Of a stretch of DNA of 64,000 bases, positions 40,573 through 50,798 are shown in pieces. Position 1 is the first letter of the stretch, and the number at the start of each line of letters is the position of its first letter. This stretch comes from Candidatus Heimdallarchaeota archaeon (GTDB lineage Archaea; Asgardarchaeota; Heimdallarchaeia; JABLTI01): assembly GCA_018238155.1 (NCBI GenBank), contig JABCTZ010000036.1:352001-416000 (forward strand), read 5' to 3'. The notes under the pieces were generated by a model. That model worked only from the letters and a program-made list of their open reading frames with translations, had not been told where the DNA came from and did no database searches. A program made the translations under genes and the position numbers.

Positions 40573-41523
40573 TTGAAAAAAAGTTACAAATACATTTATG
40601 GTCCTGTGCCATCAAGACGATTAGGAAAATCACTTGGTATAAGTCCCATCCCTGAAAAAACATGTAATTATTCATGTGTATATTGCCAAATTGGTCGAAC
40701 TACTCATTTTACTAACACTCGAGAGGATTTTTTCCCTAGAGATGAAATTCTAGAAGAAATTAAAGATGCTGTAGAGCAATTGGATTTTGATTATATTACT
40801 TTCGTTGGAGAAGGTGAACCCACTTTAAGTAAAAGTTTAGGCTGGTTAATAGTTGAAACTAAAAAGTTAACCGATAAACCTGTTGCAGTAATTACTAATG
40901 GAGCATTGTTATATGATCCTCAAGTTAGAAAAGAATTGCTTGAAGCAGATGTGATTCTTCCTACGTTAGATGCAACTACTCAAGAATTATTTAAAAAAGT
41001 AAACAGACCAAAGAAAGAATTAGATATCGAAAAAATAATCCAAGGATTCCATGATTTTCGCGAAAAATATACCGGACAAATATGGATGGAAGTTATGCTA
41101 GTTGCTGGATTGAATGATTCTGAAGAAAATATTGCTGCAATTAAAGAAGTACTGAATCAAATCAAATGTGAACGAGTGTATGTCAACGTGCCAATACGCC
41201 CACCTGCTGAAAAATGGGTGAAAATTCCATCAAAAGAACGTGTTATTGAAATCTGTAAAATCTTGAATGCAGAAAATATTGATTCATATGAACAAACAGA
41301 AGGGATTCATATTGATAAGGAAAAAGACCTCAAAGAGGAAATTCTAAAGACAACGTTAAGGCATCCTTTACGCGAATCACAAATAATATCAATGTTAGAC
41401 CTCCCTAAGGAAGAGATTATGCAATTATTACGCGAAATGGAAACAAGTGGTGTAATTAGAAAAAAAATTTACAACGAAAAAACTTTCTGGGTTAGAACAA
41501 AACAAAAAGAAAAAAAGAACTAG
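40573..41523 (+). CDS. Radical SAM protein
   Basis: YGPVPSRRLGKSLG, CNYSCVYC, GEGEPTL. Confidence 0.9.
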   Translation: MKKSYKYIYGPVPSRRLGKSLGISPIPEKTCNYSCVYCQIGRTTHFTNTREDFFPRDEILEEIKDAVEQLDFDYITFVGEGEPTLSKSLGWLIVETKKLTDKPVAVITNGALLYDPQVRKELLEADVILPTLDATTQELFKKVNRPKKELDIEKIIQGFHDFREKYTGQIWMEVMLVAGLNDSEENIAAIKEVLNQIKCERVYVNVPIRPPAEKWVKIPSKERVIEICKILNAENIDSYEQTEGIHIDKEKDLKEEILKTTLRHPLRESQIISMLDLPKEEIMQLLREMETSGVIRKKIYNEKTFWVRTKQKEKKN

Positions 41524-41733
41524 TTTGGAATTAACTAATAAAGTATATCAATATTAATTAAGAAAATTAAGAAATAAGTTTGAACATTGCAAGGTTGGTT
41601 CAATGACCACCACAAAATCGATTTTTGTGGCTTAACACTTTTTTTTTTTAACTCCGAATTAAAGAGAAATCTAGTTTGGATTTCAAAAGAGAGAGAAAAA
41701 TTTTACATCTATATTGTTTTACTATTTAGTATT

Positions 41734-42753
41734 ATGAACCATCGAACCCTCAAATTTAAAGTTGCAGTTGTACAGGACTCATCGGCTATTATGGATAAGA
41801 AAAAATGCTTAGAAAAAGTAGAGCAACTGACTAAAGAAGCAGTAAGCAATGAAGCAAACTTAGTATTGTTTCCCGAAGCATTTATCCCTGCATATCCTAG
41901 AGGATTAATCTTTGGTGCAAAAGTGGGTAGTCGATCTGATAAAGGAAAAGATGATTTTGCTCGCTATTGGCAAAACTCAATTGAAATTCCAAGTGAAGAT
42001 ATTTCTATTCTTGGTGAAATTGCCAAATCTAATAGTGTCTATCTTATCGTTGGAATAATAGAACGTGATAGTAAAAGCAAAGGTGGAACACTTTATTGTT
42101 CAATGGTTTATTTTGACCCCAATGGAAACTATCTAGGTAAACACCGAAAATTGAAACCAACTGGCTCTGAAAGATTAATCTGGGGCGAAGGTGATGGTAG
42201 CACTTTGACTGTTATTGAGACCCCATTTGGTAAAATTGGTGGATTAATTTGTTGGGAAAATTATATGCCTTTGGCAAGAACAGCAATTTATGGAAAAGGT
42301 GTAGATATCTATTTAGCTCCAACAGCAGATGCTCGAGAGCAATGGCAGTCAACTATTAAGCATATTGCTTTAGAGGGAAGATGTTTTGTCCTCTCATGTA
42401 ATCAATTTGTAACCAAGGAAATGTATCCTAAGGATTTGGCTTGTTATGATGATTTGAAAGATTCTCCTGATATAATGTCTCGAGGTGGGAGTGCAATAAT
42501 TGATCCAAATGGTAATTATTTAGCCGGTCCGTTATTTGACTCAACCGGAATTCTTTACGCTGATCTTGATCTTTCCCTAATAGCAAAAAGTCGATTTGAT
42601 TTTGATGTTGTAGGTCATTATTCTCGACCAGATATTTTTCAATTAACTGTTAATGAGTTTGAACAAAAATCAGTTATCTTGAAAAAAAGAAAGCATAAAT
42701 TGTTTGGAAAATACCGAAAAAATAGTTTTGGACGGAAAGAAGTTATTGAATAA
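41734..42753 (+). CDS. Nitrilase (carbon-nitrogen hydrolase)
   Basis: FPEAFIP, KHRKLKPT, LICWENYMP triad, GHYSRPD. Confidence 0.92.
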   Translation: MNHRTLKFKVAVVQDSSAIMDKKKCLEKVEQLTKEAVSNEANLVLFPEAFIPAYPRGLIFGAKVGSRSDKGKDDFARYWQNSIEIPSEDISILGEIAKSNSVYLIVGIIERDSKSKGGTLYCSMVYFDPNGNYLGKHRKLKPTGSERLIWGEGDGSTLTVIETPFGKIGGLICWENYMPLARTAIYGKGVDIYLAPTADAREQWQSTIKHIALEGRCFVLSCNQFVTKEMYPKDLACYDDLKDSPDIMSRGGSAIIDPNGNYLAGPLFDSTGILYADLDLSLIAKSRFDFDVVGHYSRPDIFQLTVNEFEQKSVILKKRKHKLFGKYRKNSFGRKEVIE

Positions 42754-42982
42754 TAAATATCTAATGGGTAGCATTTCTTTGACAAGCATTGATATGGAAA
42801 TTTCTTCACCTCGACATTTATTTGAGATTCTTAAAACTATATCAGAGCTGTTTTGTAAGTTATCTCTTCTAGAAGATAAATTTGAAATTGAAATGAATAA
42901 ACATAATGTACCAGAAGATAATAGAATTGCAGTGCATTATCACATGGTGAGTGGAGAAATAGCTGAATTCAAATTCGAATAA
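42704..42982 (+). CDS. Small hypothetical protein
   Basis: Short ORF only. Confidence 0.3.
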   Translation: MENTEKIVLDGKKLLNNKYLMGSISLTSIDMEISSPRHLFEILKTISELFCKLSLLEDKFEIEMNKHNVPEDNRIAVHYHMVSGEIAEFKFE

Positions 42983-43049
42983 TAGTAATAAAATTCACAA
43001 AAAAAGGATTTTTTCAGCTAAAATTCAAAGAGTTGAATATTAAAGATTT

Positions 43050-43228
43050 ATAGAAGGAACAAGATATTTTTTATTAAATATGCAGAATATAATGTATGGA
43101 CAGGAGATAATACAAGAGACATTTTAAGCAATCTTTCGAATGAAGAATATTTACTAGATTTATGTGTGCCACCATTTACAGATAGAATAAACACAATACA
43201 AAATCTAATGAAATTCATTCCTTTGTAG
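43050..43228 (+). pseudogene. DinB-like gene remnant
   Basis: KYAEYNVWTGDNTRDILSNLSNEEY..PPF..TIQNL resembles the DinB N-terminus; no in-frame start, early TAG. Confidence 0.4.
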
Positions 43229-43250
43229 ACTTAGCAATGAAATACCAATT

Positions 43251-44585
43251 TCAATTTGTTTGAATTTTTATTTTAATACCTAACTTTACTAATTTTCTAA
43301 AGAAGAATTTTTCTACTTCGGGTTCTTCTACTGTTCTAGAGAAATTAATAATAAATTTATCATTAAAACTAATAATTGCGCAACCTGTAGTAATTGTAGA
43401 ACTAGGTGCAAGAATGAAGTCGAAATCTTCTATTTCATTTGCAAAAGCTTCCGGCATGGTCACTCTTCCAATATTGCTCAGTTTTCCTGAATTTTGTTTT
43501 TCGCCCATTTTTTCAAAAATAATCTTACCAAATAATTTCTTGATAAAAAGAGGAACGAACCGTATATACGGATAGTATTCACCCCTTACATTTCGAGAAA
43601 TATATTTTTTAAGATCTCTTTTTGCAGCGTCTTTTCTCAATGTGTGATGTATGATATTTGTTATCTCATCAAAACTATGTTTGCCCAATTGAGGATCTAT
43701 ACCAGGAGTAACCATGAAACTGAAATTTCTCATAGTTTTGGAAGGAAATGGATTTCTAAGATTTACTGGGACAGCTATTCTAATTGGTTTCATATATTTC
43801 TTTCTTTTTTCTGTAGGGATGTTAAACAGTGTATCTTGAAGTGCTTCAATGTATATACTGGTTAGTAATTCTGTTATTGAAATCTTCATAGCTCGAGCCA
43901 CTTGTAAGAGTTGTTTAACAGACATTGTAGCAGAAATGATATGAAATACTCCTGTTTCTACTTTTGTAAAAGGAGTTTTATAACCGGCTCCATTTACTTG
44001 AGGATTTGGCAGATTTTTTCCATAATTGCTTTTGTAAGAATCATCATATTCCTCAGGATGAGGTGCTTGCTTATATCTAAACAAATCATCCCAATCGTTT
44101 GTTCTCACCCCTCGTAAGAAAAGGTAATCTGCAATCAATGCTCGCAAGAAAGTTATTCCACCTAAACCATCTGTTAAACAATGATGAAATTCTATTGCTA
44201 TTCTGTTATAGTAAGCTTTTACTCTAAACAGAAAAGTACCTGCTTTGTGAACTGGCATGAATTGAGCGGGATATTTTGTCTCTGCATGAATCCTTGGAGA
44301 ATTTCGGTTTTCTTCAAAGTAACTCCAAAATAAACCTGTTTTTAATGTTACATTGAAATAAGGAAATCGTTCCATCATTCTGTTAAGAGACATTTGCAAG
44401 TCTGCTAAATTCACACGTTCTTTTAGTGTACATGAGACTCGAAAAATATTCGTTGATCGTTTAGATTTCATCAAACTAAAAATAGTTGCTGCATTATCTA
44501 ATCTGTACCATTGATTTGTAAATATTCTCTTCTGAGGTAATTTAGCCATTTTATTCTCAGAATATGGTTGATTTACTTTGGACAA
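43251..44585 (-). CDS. Alcohol acyltransferase/condensation-domain protein
   Basis: WYRLDNAA, HHCLTDG (HHxxxDG), PVNLR, LSNIG. Confidence 0.85.
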   Translation of the reverse strand: MSKVNQPYSENKMAKLPQKRIFTNQWYRLDNAATIFSLMKSKRSTNIFRVSCTLKERVNLADLQMSLNRMMERFPYFNVTLKTGLFWSYFEENRNSPRIHAETKYPAQFMPVHKAGTFLFRVKAYYNRIAIEFHHCLTDGLGGITFLRALIADYLFLRGVRTNDWDDLFRYKQAPHPEEYDDSYKSNYGKNLPNPQVNGAGYKTPFTKVETGVFHIISATMSVKQLLQVARAMKISITELLTSIYIEALQDTLFNIPTEKRKKYMKPIRIAVPVNLRNPFPSKTMRNFSFMVTPGIDPQLGKHSFDEITNIIHHTLRKDAAKRDLKKYISRNVRGEYYPYIRFVPLFIKKLFGKIIFEKMGEKQNSGKLSNIGRVTMPEAFANEIEDFDFILAPSSTITTGCAIISFNDKFIINFSRTVEEPEVEKFFFRKLVKLGIKIKIQTN

Positions 44586-44803
44586 TAATGAAACTACCTA
44601 TTAAGTTTAAGATTATGCTTTCTTGCATTTAATAAGTATTAAATTTTGCTATTTATTACATCATAGAAAGCGGCAATTTTTATTAGAAAATAAAGTCTTC
44701 TTTACTTTTTTTCAGATTTACATTGAATACGGAGTTTGCTTAGCTTATATTTGTCTATTTTATAGATTAGTTTTATTAGTTTCTTTTCATAATAATAGAT
44801 ATT

Positions 44804-45460
44804 ATGAATCGTAAATGGAAAATAGTGATTATTGTTTTCACAATAATTATTATTATCATTGGTAGTATTATGGGAATAATTGTTCTTCTAAATTTACCTG
44901 ATGGAGGTTTGCCATTACCAAATAATCCTCCTGGAGCACCGATTCTATTATTTCCTGTTGAAAACACAGGTGTATTGATAACGCTAGATGCTTTCATCTG
45001 GGACAATGTATCTGGGTTTGTACATAATGGTATTGATTTTGGTATTAATGATACTGCAACAATAATTGCTTCTTGCAATATGACTTGTAATGATAAGAAT
45101 TTGTTTTACAATGATCTAGGGGATCATTGGCAAGCCGGTGCATCATTTACAATTAATGAGGACTATGAATTGTTTATTGCTTTCGAATCTTTTGCTGAGA
45201 ATGAAACCTTTGGAAATATTCAGCTTGAAGCTATTTTGGTTGAAATTGGGCAAGAAGTCACTCGAGGAGAATTGGTAGGTTATTTATTATATCATCGAGC
45301 TGGAGCTCACATACACTTTATGTTACAAAAAAATAATGAACCTGTATGTCCCTATCAGTATTTTAGTGCAGAAGCGAAAACAATTTTTGATGGTCTTTGG
45401 GGACAAATAGGTACTAGTGGTAATCCATGCAATGGTACTTCATTGCTATGTTCTCATTAG
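44804..45460 (+). CDS. Membrane-anchored M23-like metallopeptidase
   Basis: HNGID (HxxxD), GQEVTRGELVG, HIH. Confidence 0.65.
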   Translation: MNRKWKIVIIVFTIIIIIIGSIMGIIVLLNLPDGGLPLPNNPPGAPILLFPVENTGVLITLDAFIWDNVSGFVHNGIDFGINDTATIIASCNMTCNDKNLFYNDLGDHWQAGASFTINEDYELFIAFESFAENETFGNIQLEAILVEIGQEVTRGELVGYLLYHRAGAHIHFMLQKNNEPVCPYQYFSAEAKTIFDGLWGQIGTSGNPCNGTSLLCSH

Positions 45461-45674
45461 ATATTTTTGCTTTTACCAATCTTTTCATTTTATCTATGCA
45501 ACAACATATTTTATCTATGAGTTACCTAATAAATTAGTTAAAAACTTTCAAAAGAAATAGTTAATGATAATTTCCTCAAAGAAATAATAAAGAGAATAAT
45601 ATAGAGATAGTAAATCAACTAATTAACAAACTAATAAGTAAAATTCGTTATCATATTTTGGAGTACGTGTTCAA

Positions 45675-46280
45675 ATGCAAAGAGTAAAGTTCGGGAAGAA
45701 AGTTAGAAAATTTATTGCAGAAATTATACCAATTACATATTCAAAAGACATTTCAACCTATTTTGAAGAAATAGAAGAATTTCGAAAACTAGCACTAAAA
45801 ATACCTGATCAAGAACAAGAGAAATATGAGCAATACTTTGCAAAACATATGACCCATCAAATCAATTTAGTGCAAATCAATCAAAGAAAAATTGAGATGA
45901 AACATAGAGATTGTGTTCATGGTACAAGTAAACAATCTGCGAAATTTAATTCATTGTTAGCTGATCCAAAACTAAAACAGCACATGAGAATATTTTATCA
46001 AAGAGAATATCTGAAAATTTTGAATCCAATGTACTTTCTTGAGCAACTCAAAGAAAATTACAGTAAATATGTTGAAGTTTTGGAAATAACTCAAGCAGAA
46101 TTCAGTGAATGGTTTTTCTTGGGTAGATCTGATTATTTGAAGCAATTATTGCAACCATATATTATCGAGAATAAGCCTTCTGCAAAAGAAAAAGAAATTT
46201 GGATCTATAGAAAGCATACTCAAGAATTAAATCCTGAACGAAAGAAAAAGATGTATGAAAAAGCAGGATTAAATCAATGA
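45675..46280 (+). CDS. Hypothetical protein
   Basis: 201-aa ORF. Confidence 0.55.
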   Translation: MQRVKFGKKVRKFIAEIIPITYSKDISTYFEEIEEFRKLALKIPDQEQEKYEQYFAKHMTHQINLVQINQRKIEMKHRDCVHGTSKQSAKFNSLLADPKLKQHMRIFYQREYLKILNPMYFLEQLKENYSKYVEVLEITQAEFSEWFFLGRSDYLKQLLQPYIIENKPSAKEKEIWIYRKHTQELNPERKKKMYEKAGLNQ

Positions 46281-46324
46281 AAAAATGTTCTGTTTTCTTT
46301 GTTTAAGCTTTTCAAAGAAAACAA

Positions 46325-47647
46325 TCAATCACCTTTTTCAGCTGGAAGAACAACTTTTTCTGGAGTACTCATCGAATCTTTTCCAAAGACAATGAAAAAC
46401 ACTGTACCGATTATACCAAAAGCTCCCGCGACAAGGAAATTTACCCGTGGACCAACATCTGTTCCAATATTCCATAAAAATGCTCCACCAAAAGCAGCGG
46501 CTGAAACAACCAAATCTCTAATGAGATAATATGTACCAAAAGTGTTTGCTTTCGCATCTTCTGGAGCAAGCTCCATAATCAATGCTTTTCTTGTAGGTTC
46601 ACCAAATTCCTTCAAACCACGAATGACAAAAGCAATTACAAAGAACCAAAATGATTTGCAGAAAATAAGTATAAATGGAAAAGCGGTAAAGAAGATGAAG
46701 GTTGTCACTACAAAAGGCTTCTTTCTATACCTGTCTGCAAAATATGCAACTGGAATATAAATTAGTACAGCAGTTACCATTTCAATTGTTGTTAAAACTC
46801 CAAATTGGATGGTTGTTAATCCATGTGTGTTTACTGCCCAGATGACTACAAAAGCATAAGGGATCTGTTCGGCAAAACGTATCAATATATCCGATATTAA
46901 CAAATACCATAAACTTGAGGGGATGTTTCGGATGGATCGTATCAATTTAATTGGCTTTTTGTCTTTTTTTTCTGGTTCCTTCACCAAAAACCATTGTAAA
47001 ATTGTTGCAACAACAGCTAATCCTATGGCGATTCCAAATGCAATTCGTAATCCCAATATAGTTCCGAATGCATAGATTAGCATTCCACCAAAAATAGGTC
47101 CAAGTGCCATTGGCAATCTTCTGATGAGTGAATGTACTGTTACCCCCATAGTTTGTTTTCTCTTTGGGATGATTTTTGAAATCATGCTCATAATAGCAGG
47201 TAAAGAGATAGCTGTCCAAGAAATAAAAAGCACCGCACCAACAAGTACTGCCCACCAATAAGGAACAAACAAAACAATGCTATAACCTGTTATAGCCATA
47301 ATATTGAATACAACTAGCGCTTTTTTGTAACCAATTTTATCACTTAGAAAACCTCCCGGAAATGAATAGAGTGATGATAAGAGGTTATCCATGCCATTAA
47401 GAAAACCAACAGCGAGTATTCCTCCACCCATTGATATTAGATAGAGAGGGAGAAAACGTTCAGCCATTTTTTCACCCATTCCAACTAAGATAACTACACC
47501 AAGTAATGTAAGCATGCTTGGTTTAAAGAAAGAAGACCATCCCTTTTCTTTAGGATGTTCAGGTGGATCTGGAGTATCAAAAGCTTCATCATGTAATTTA
47601 GATTGTTCTTCTGTTAGAGTATCCTCTGGCAATTTTTGAGAGACCAT
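46325..47647 (-). CDS. MFS transporter
   Basis: About 12 TM helices; GGFLSDKIGYK motif A. Confidence 0.9.
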   Translation of the reverse strand: MVSQKLPEDTLTEEQSKLHDEAFDTPDPPEHPKEKGWSSFFKPSMLTLLGVVILVGMGEKMAERFLPLYLISMGGGILAVGFLNGMDNLLSSLYSFPGGFLSDKIGYKKALVVFNIMAITGYSIVLFVPYWWAVLVGAVLFISWTAISLPAIMSMISKIIPKRKQTMGVTVHSLIRRLPMALGPIFGGMLIYAFGTILGLRIAFGIAIGLAVVATILQWFLVKEPEKKDKKPIKLIRSIRNIPSSLWYLLISDILIRFAEQIPYAFVVIWAVNTHGLTTIQFGVLTTIEMVTAVLIYIPVAYFADRYRKKPFVVTTFIFFTAFPFILIFCKSFWFFVIAFVIRGLKEFGEPTRKALIMELAPEDAKANTFGTYYLIRDLVVSAAAFGGAFLWNIGTDVGPRVNFLVAGAFGIIGTVFFIVFGKDSMSTPEKVVLPAEKGD

Positions 47648-47685
47648 ACTGAATCAAATCGGAATTCTTTATTGAAGATATAAAA

Positions 47686-48189
47686 TTATTCTTTCCTAAC
47701 AATACGAATCCTGCCGTTCAATTTTGGTCGTTCTTCGGGGTATTTTGTTTGAGAACGAGAATCTTCTCCAGCAATTCTGCTTATTGCCCAACAAGCCCAA
47801 TCACGAACTCGAGTGTTTTCATCTTTTGAAGCTTGGTGAAGAACAGGCATAGCTGTAATCGCTGTTTTATCTAATTCGCCTAACATTACTGCTGCATGGC
47901 TACGAAATTCTTTACTATCATCCCGTTTCAAAATATCAATTAATATTGGAACCAATTGACTATTTTTTTCACCTAATTCACCTAAAGAAAGAGCAGCCCA
48001 TTTTCTCACGTCCCAATTATTATCAGTTAAAGAATCAACAAGAGCTTTTCTTATGTTTTTGTCCTTTTTCCCCAATGTCCCAAGCATGTAAGCTGCAACA
48101 GCACGTGATTTAGTATCGCCAGTTTTCAAATCTTTAAGATATCCTTTGATTTCTTCACGACTTGTTTTGATACTATCTTGTCCTACCAT
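47686..48189 (-). CDS. HEAT (PBS lyase-like) repeat protein
   Basis: D.VRKWAALSLGELG repeats. Confidence 0.85.
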   Translation of the reverse strand: MVGQDSIKTSREEIKGYLKDLKTGDTKSRAVAAYMLGTLGKKDKNIRKALVDSLTDNNWDVRKWAALSLGELGEKNSQLVPILIDILKRDDSKEFRSHAAVMLGELDKTAITAMPVLHQASKDENTRVRDWACWAISRIAGEDSRSQTKYPEERPKLNGRIRIVRKE

Positions 48190-48541
48190 TTTTTCACCTT
48201 ACAACAAAAATATACTATGTCTTTCCAATAATTATTCTCTAATGTAATTAAAAAAATAGCGGTTGCGTATTTAAACTCAAAACATCAGATTAACCATTCA
48301 GACAAAAAATAAAATAGACGGTTTGTTGGACTTGTACTAATTATGCCAAATTTCTAACACTTCTAGTTGATATCATTGTGAGTGAGCTATGTTCGTATAT
48401 AATAATAGAATCCGATGTAGTTTTGATATTCAAGAAATAATCTTACTATGTTTCACAAGAATATCATACTCGATGGAGTCTATGCTAAACATCACATACT
48501 TGCAAACGATCTAGTTTAAGATAAGAATTGGTTATCCGTTG

Positions 48542-49024
48542 TTACTTAATGGTTGAATACTTTGTTAACATAGCATTATATCCTTGAATGCTTTCTTCAG
48601 CTATGGTACTATCTTCTAACCATGATTTTATGTGAACTAGTCGTGTTGCTATCCAGGAGAAATCTTCAACATCAAAAGCAAGAGCTAGTTCCCATTCGGT
48701 AGCTGTTAAATGAGCTTGGTTCACTTTTTCAGCTTCTGAAAAAAGTAGGTTTGCACTTATCTTAAACCCCATTTTTTTCAGTTCATTTAATTCAATAATT
48801 TCATGTATTAGTAACCACTTTGATTGTAAAACATTATCAAGTGTGATTGTATCTCCTGAAGGTGCTTCTCCTTCGAAATAATCAATTAATTCTTGAGTAT
48901 AAATTTCTTCTATTAGATAACTGTTTTTCAATAGAAGTGTACGAAAAAGATTAATTTTTTTCTGAATTTCAACAAGAGCATTTTTGTTGTTGAGATGATT
49001 TGAAGCTACCAATATTAACAACAA
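48542..49024 (-). CDS. Hypothetical protein
   Basis: 160-aa ORF with HEIIEL motif. Confidence 0.5.
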   Translation of the reverse strand: MLLILVASNHLNNKNALVEIQKKINLFRTLLLKNSYLIEEIYTQELIDYFEGEAPSGDTITLDNVLQSKWLLIHEIIELNELKKMGFKISANLLFSEAEKVNQAHLTATEWELALAFDVEDFSWIATRLVHIKSWLEDSTIAEESIQGYNAMLTKYSTIK

Positions 49025-49248
49025 AGTAATGATTTACGAGTCAATTAAAATAATTATTGGTGAATGAATATGGTTGGTAAAATGTTTATTGAGATACGCC
49101 ATCTTTCTCTTTTGTACAACAATTAGTAAACATAAAACTTACGCTGAAAAAATATTTATCGAAATAAGTTCGACAAAATTAATTTTCACTTTGCAACTAT
49201 AGTAACATAGATATTTGATTATTGAAAGCTATGCGTTAGTAAGTTACG

Positions 49249-50358
49249 GTGAGAATAAAATTGACTGAGAAGAAACGATATTCTTTATTGTGCCCACATT
49301 GTAAGGATAACATCGCATTTGAATTAAGTGTAGAAGAATTAGAAAAAAGCTATTCTGGAGAAACGGCAAAAATATCTCTCGCAACACATGGAAGCCCTGA
49401 ACATACTGTAGATGTTTATATTGATCGTGATGGGCTAATACGTTCTGCTTTTGCAAATTTCGCTTCAATTGAAACCAAGGTTTCTCTACAGAATACCTAT
49501 ATTACAGATGCAACAAGTGAACTCAATCCTCAAGAAGGACTAGCAATTGGAGTCAAAGTTGTCCCTTATACTGTTACTATTGGTGATAGCTCACCGAAAA
49601 AATATAATGAAGAAGTATTTTTTTCGGAAGTTTACGATGGGTTGAAATCTGATAAAAGAGTTAAAAGTCAACCTGTTTCTGTTGAGTCATTTTTAGAAGC
49701 TTTCAAAACATCTCCACGCGATAAGCCTGTGATTACTGTAACTGTTAGTATGAAGTACAGTGAAGGATATGCTAACGCTGTCAAAGCTAAGAAAATCCTC
49801 GCAAAGGAAGACCCCTCTTTTGCCAAAAATATCCACATTGTTGATTCAAAAACAACTGGGCCAATGATGAAATTAATGGTGAAAAAAGCTCTTTCTTTGG
49901 ATGAAGAAGGGCAAAGTGTCTCTGAAATAATTGAATACTTGAATTGGATACGCGAAAAACATTTAACTTATATTTATGTTGATTCATTGAGTGCTCTTCG
50001 AAAAAGCGAACGTGTTGGTCGTGTGACATCATTTTTTGGTAATTTACTTGGTTTAAAACCTGTCATTATTGAGAATGAAAACAATAATGGAGAACTTAAA
50101 CCTTTTAAAACTGTTCGTAGTAAGAAAGCTGCTATTAAAGAAATTGTTAAAGCAATTAGAGAACAATTTGGTTATGTAGAACTTGTTGGAGTAATTATTT
50201 ATGGTATCATTATTGATGATGCATTAGAAATGCAAGAGATGCTTAAAGAAGATTCAAGAACTGAAGATAATGACTTTACAATGGATTTCATTGGTACTGG
50301 AGTCGCAATGCATCTGAGCTATGATGTTCTTGGTATCTCTCTCTATCCTAAATTATGA
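49249..50358 (+). CDS. DegV/FakB-like fatty-acid-binding protein with N-terminal Zn-binding domain
   Basis: ITDATSEL, KSQP, SEGYANA, IVDSK, L.LKPVI; N-terminal CPHC..HG..H. Confidence 0.85.
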   Translation: MRIKLTEKKRYSLLCPHCKDNIAFELSVEELEKSYSGETAKISLATHGSPEHTVDVYIDRDGLIRSAFANFASIETKVSLQNTYITDATSELNPQEGLAIGVKVVPYTVTIGDSSPKKYNEEVFFSEVYDGLKSDKRVKSQPVSVESFLEAFKTSPRDKPVITVTVSMKYSEGYANAVKAKKILAKEDPSFAKNIHIVDSKTTGPMMKLMVKKALSLDEEGQSVSEIIEYLNWIREKHLTYIYVDSLSALRKSERVGRVTSFFGNLLGLKPVIIENENNNGELKPFKTVRSKKAAIKEIVKAIREQFGYVELVGVIIYGIIIDDALEMQEMLKEDSRTEDNDFTMDFIGTGVAMHLSYDVLGISLYPKL

Positions 50359-50798
50359 TTCTTCTTCAACGTTGTTAATAGAAGAATCTTTTTCCTTTTC
50401 TTTTTTTAAATTAAGGATAACTTGCTTTGCTTACCATTTTTTGAGGAAAAGTAAATCATCACTTTATTTTTGTTGATAACTATTTATAGTTTTTAACAAA
50501 CTAACGTACTATTTTATGTGTATAGAATCTCTCTGGAGATAAAATTAATGTCAACAAGTACTGAATTTGATGCCGTTATTGAACTACCTAAAAAAGGTTA
50601 TAGGGGGAGGGAGGCCTAATAACCGTGTAAAAAAGAAAAAAGTTTTCTATTTTGGTCACTAGGCTGAACTTATTTTATACTCATATAATAAAAAGCTTTT
50701 GTCGATTACATAAAAGCAATTTTTGCTTTACTTTCTACTTATATAAATAAGTTCTTGATTAAGTTTCTATTTTTTTATTGTTCTAAATAGAATTATGT

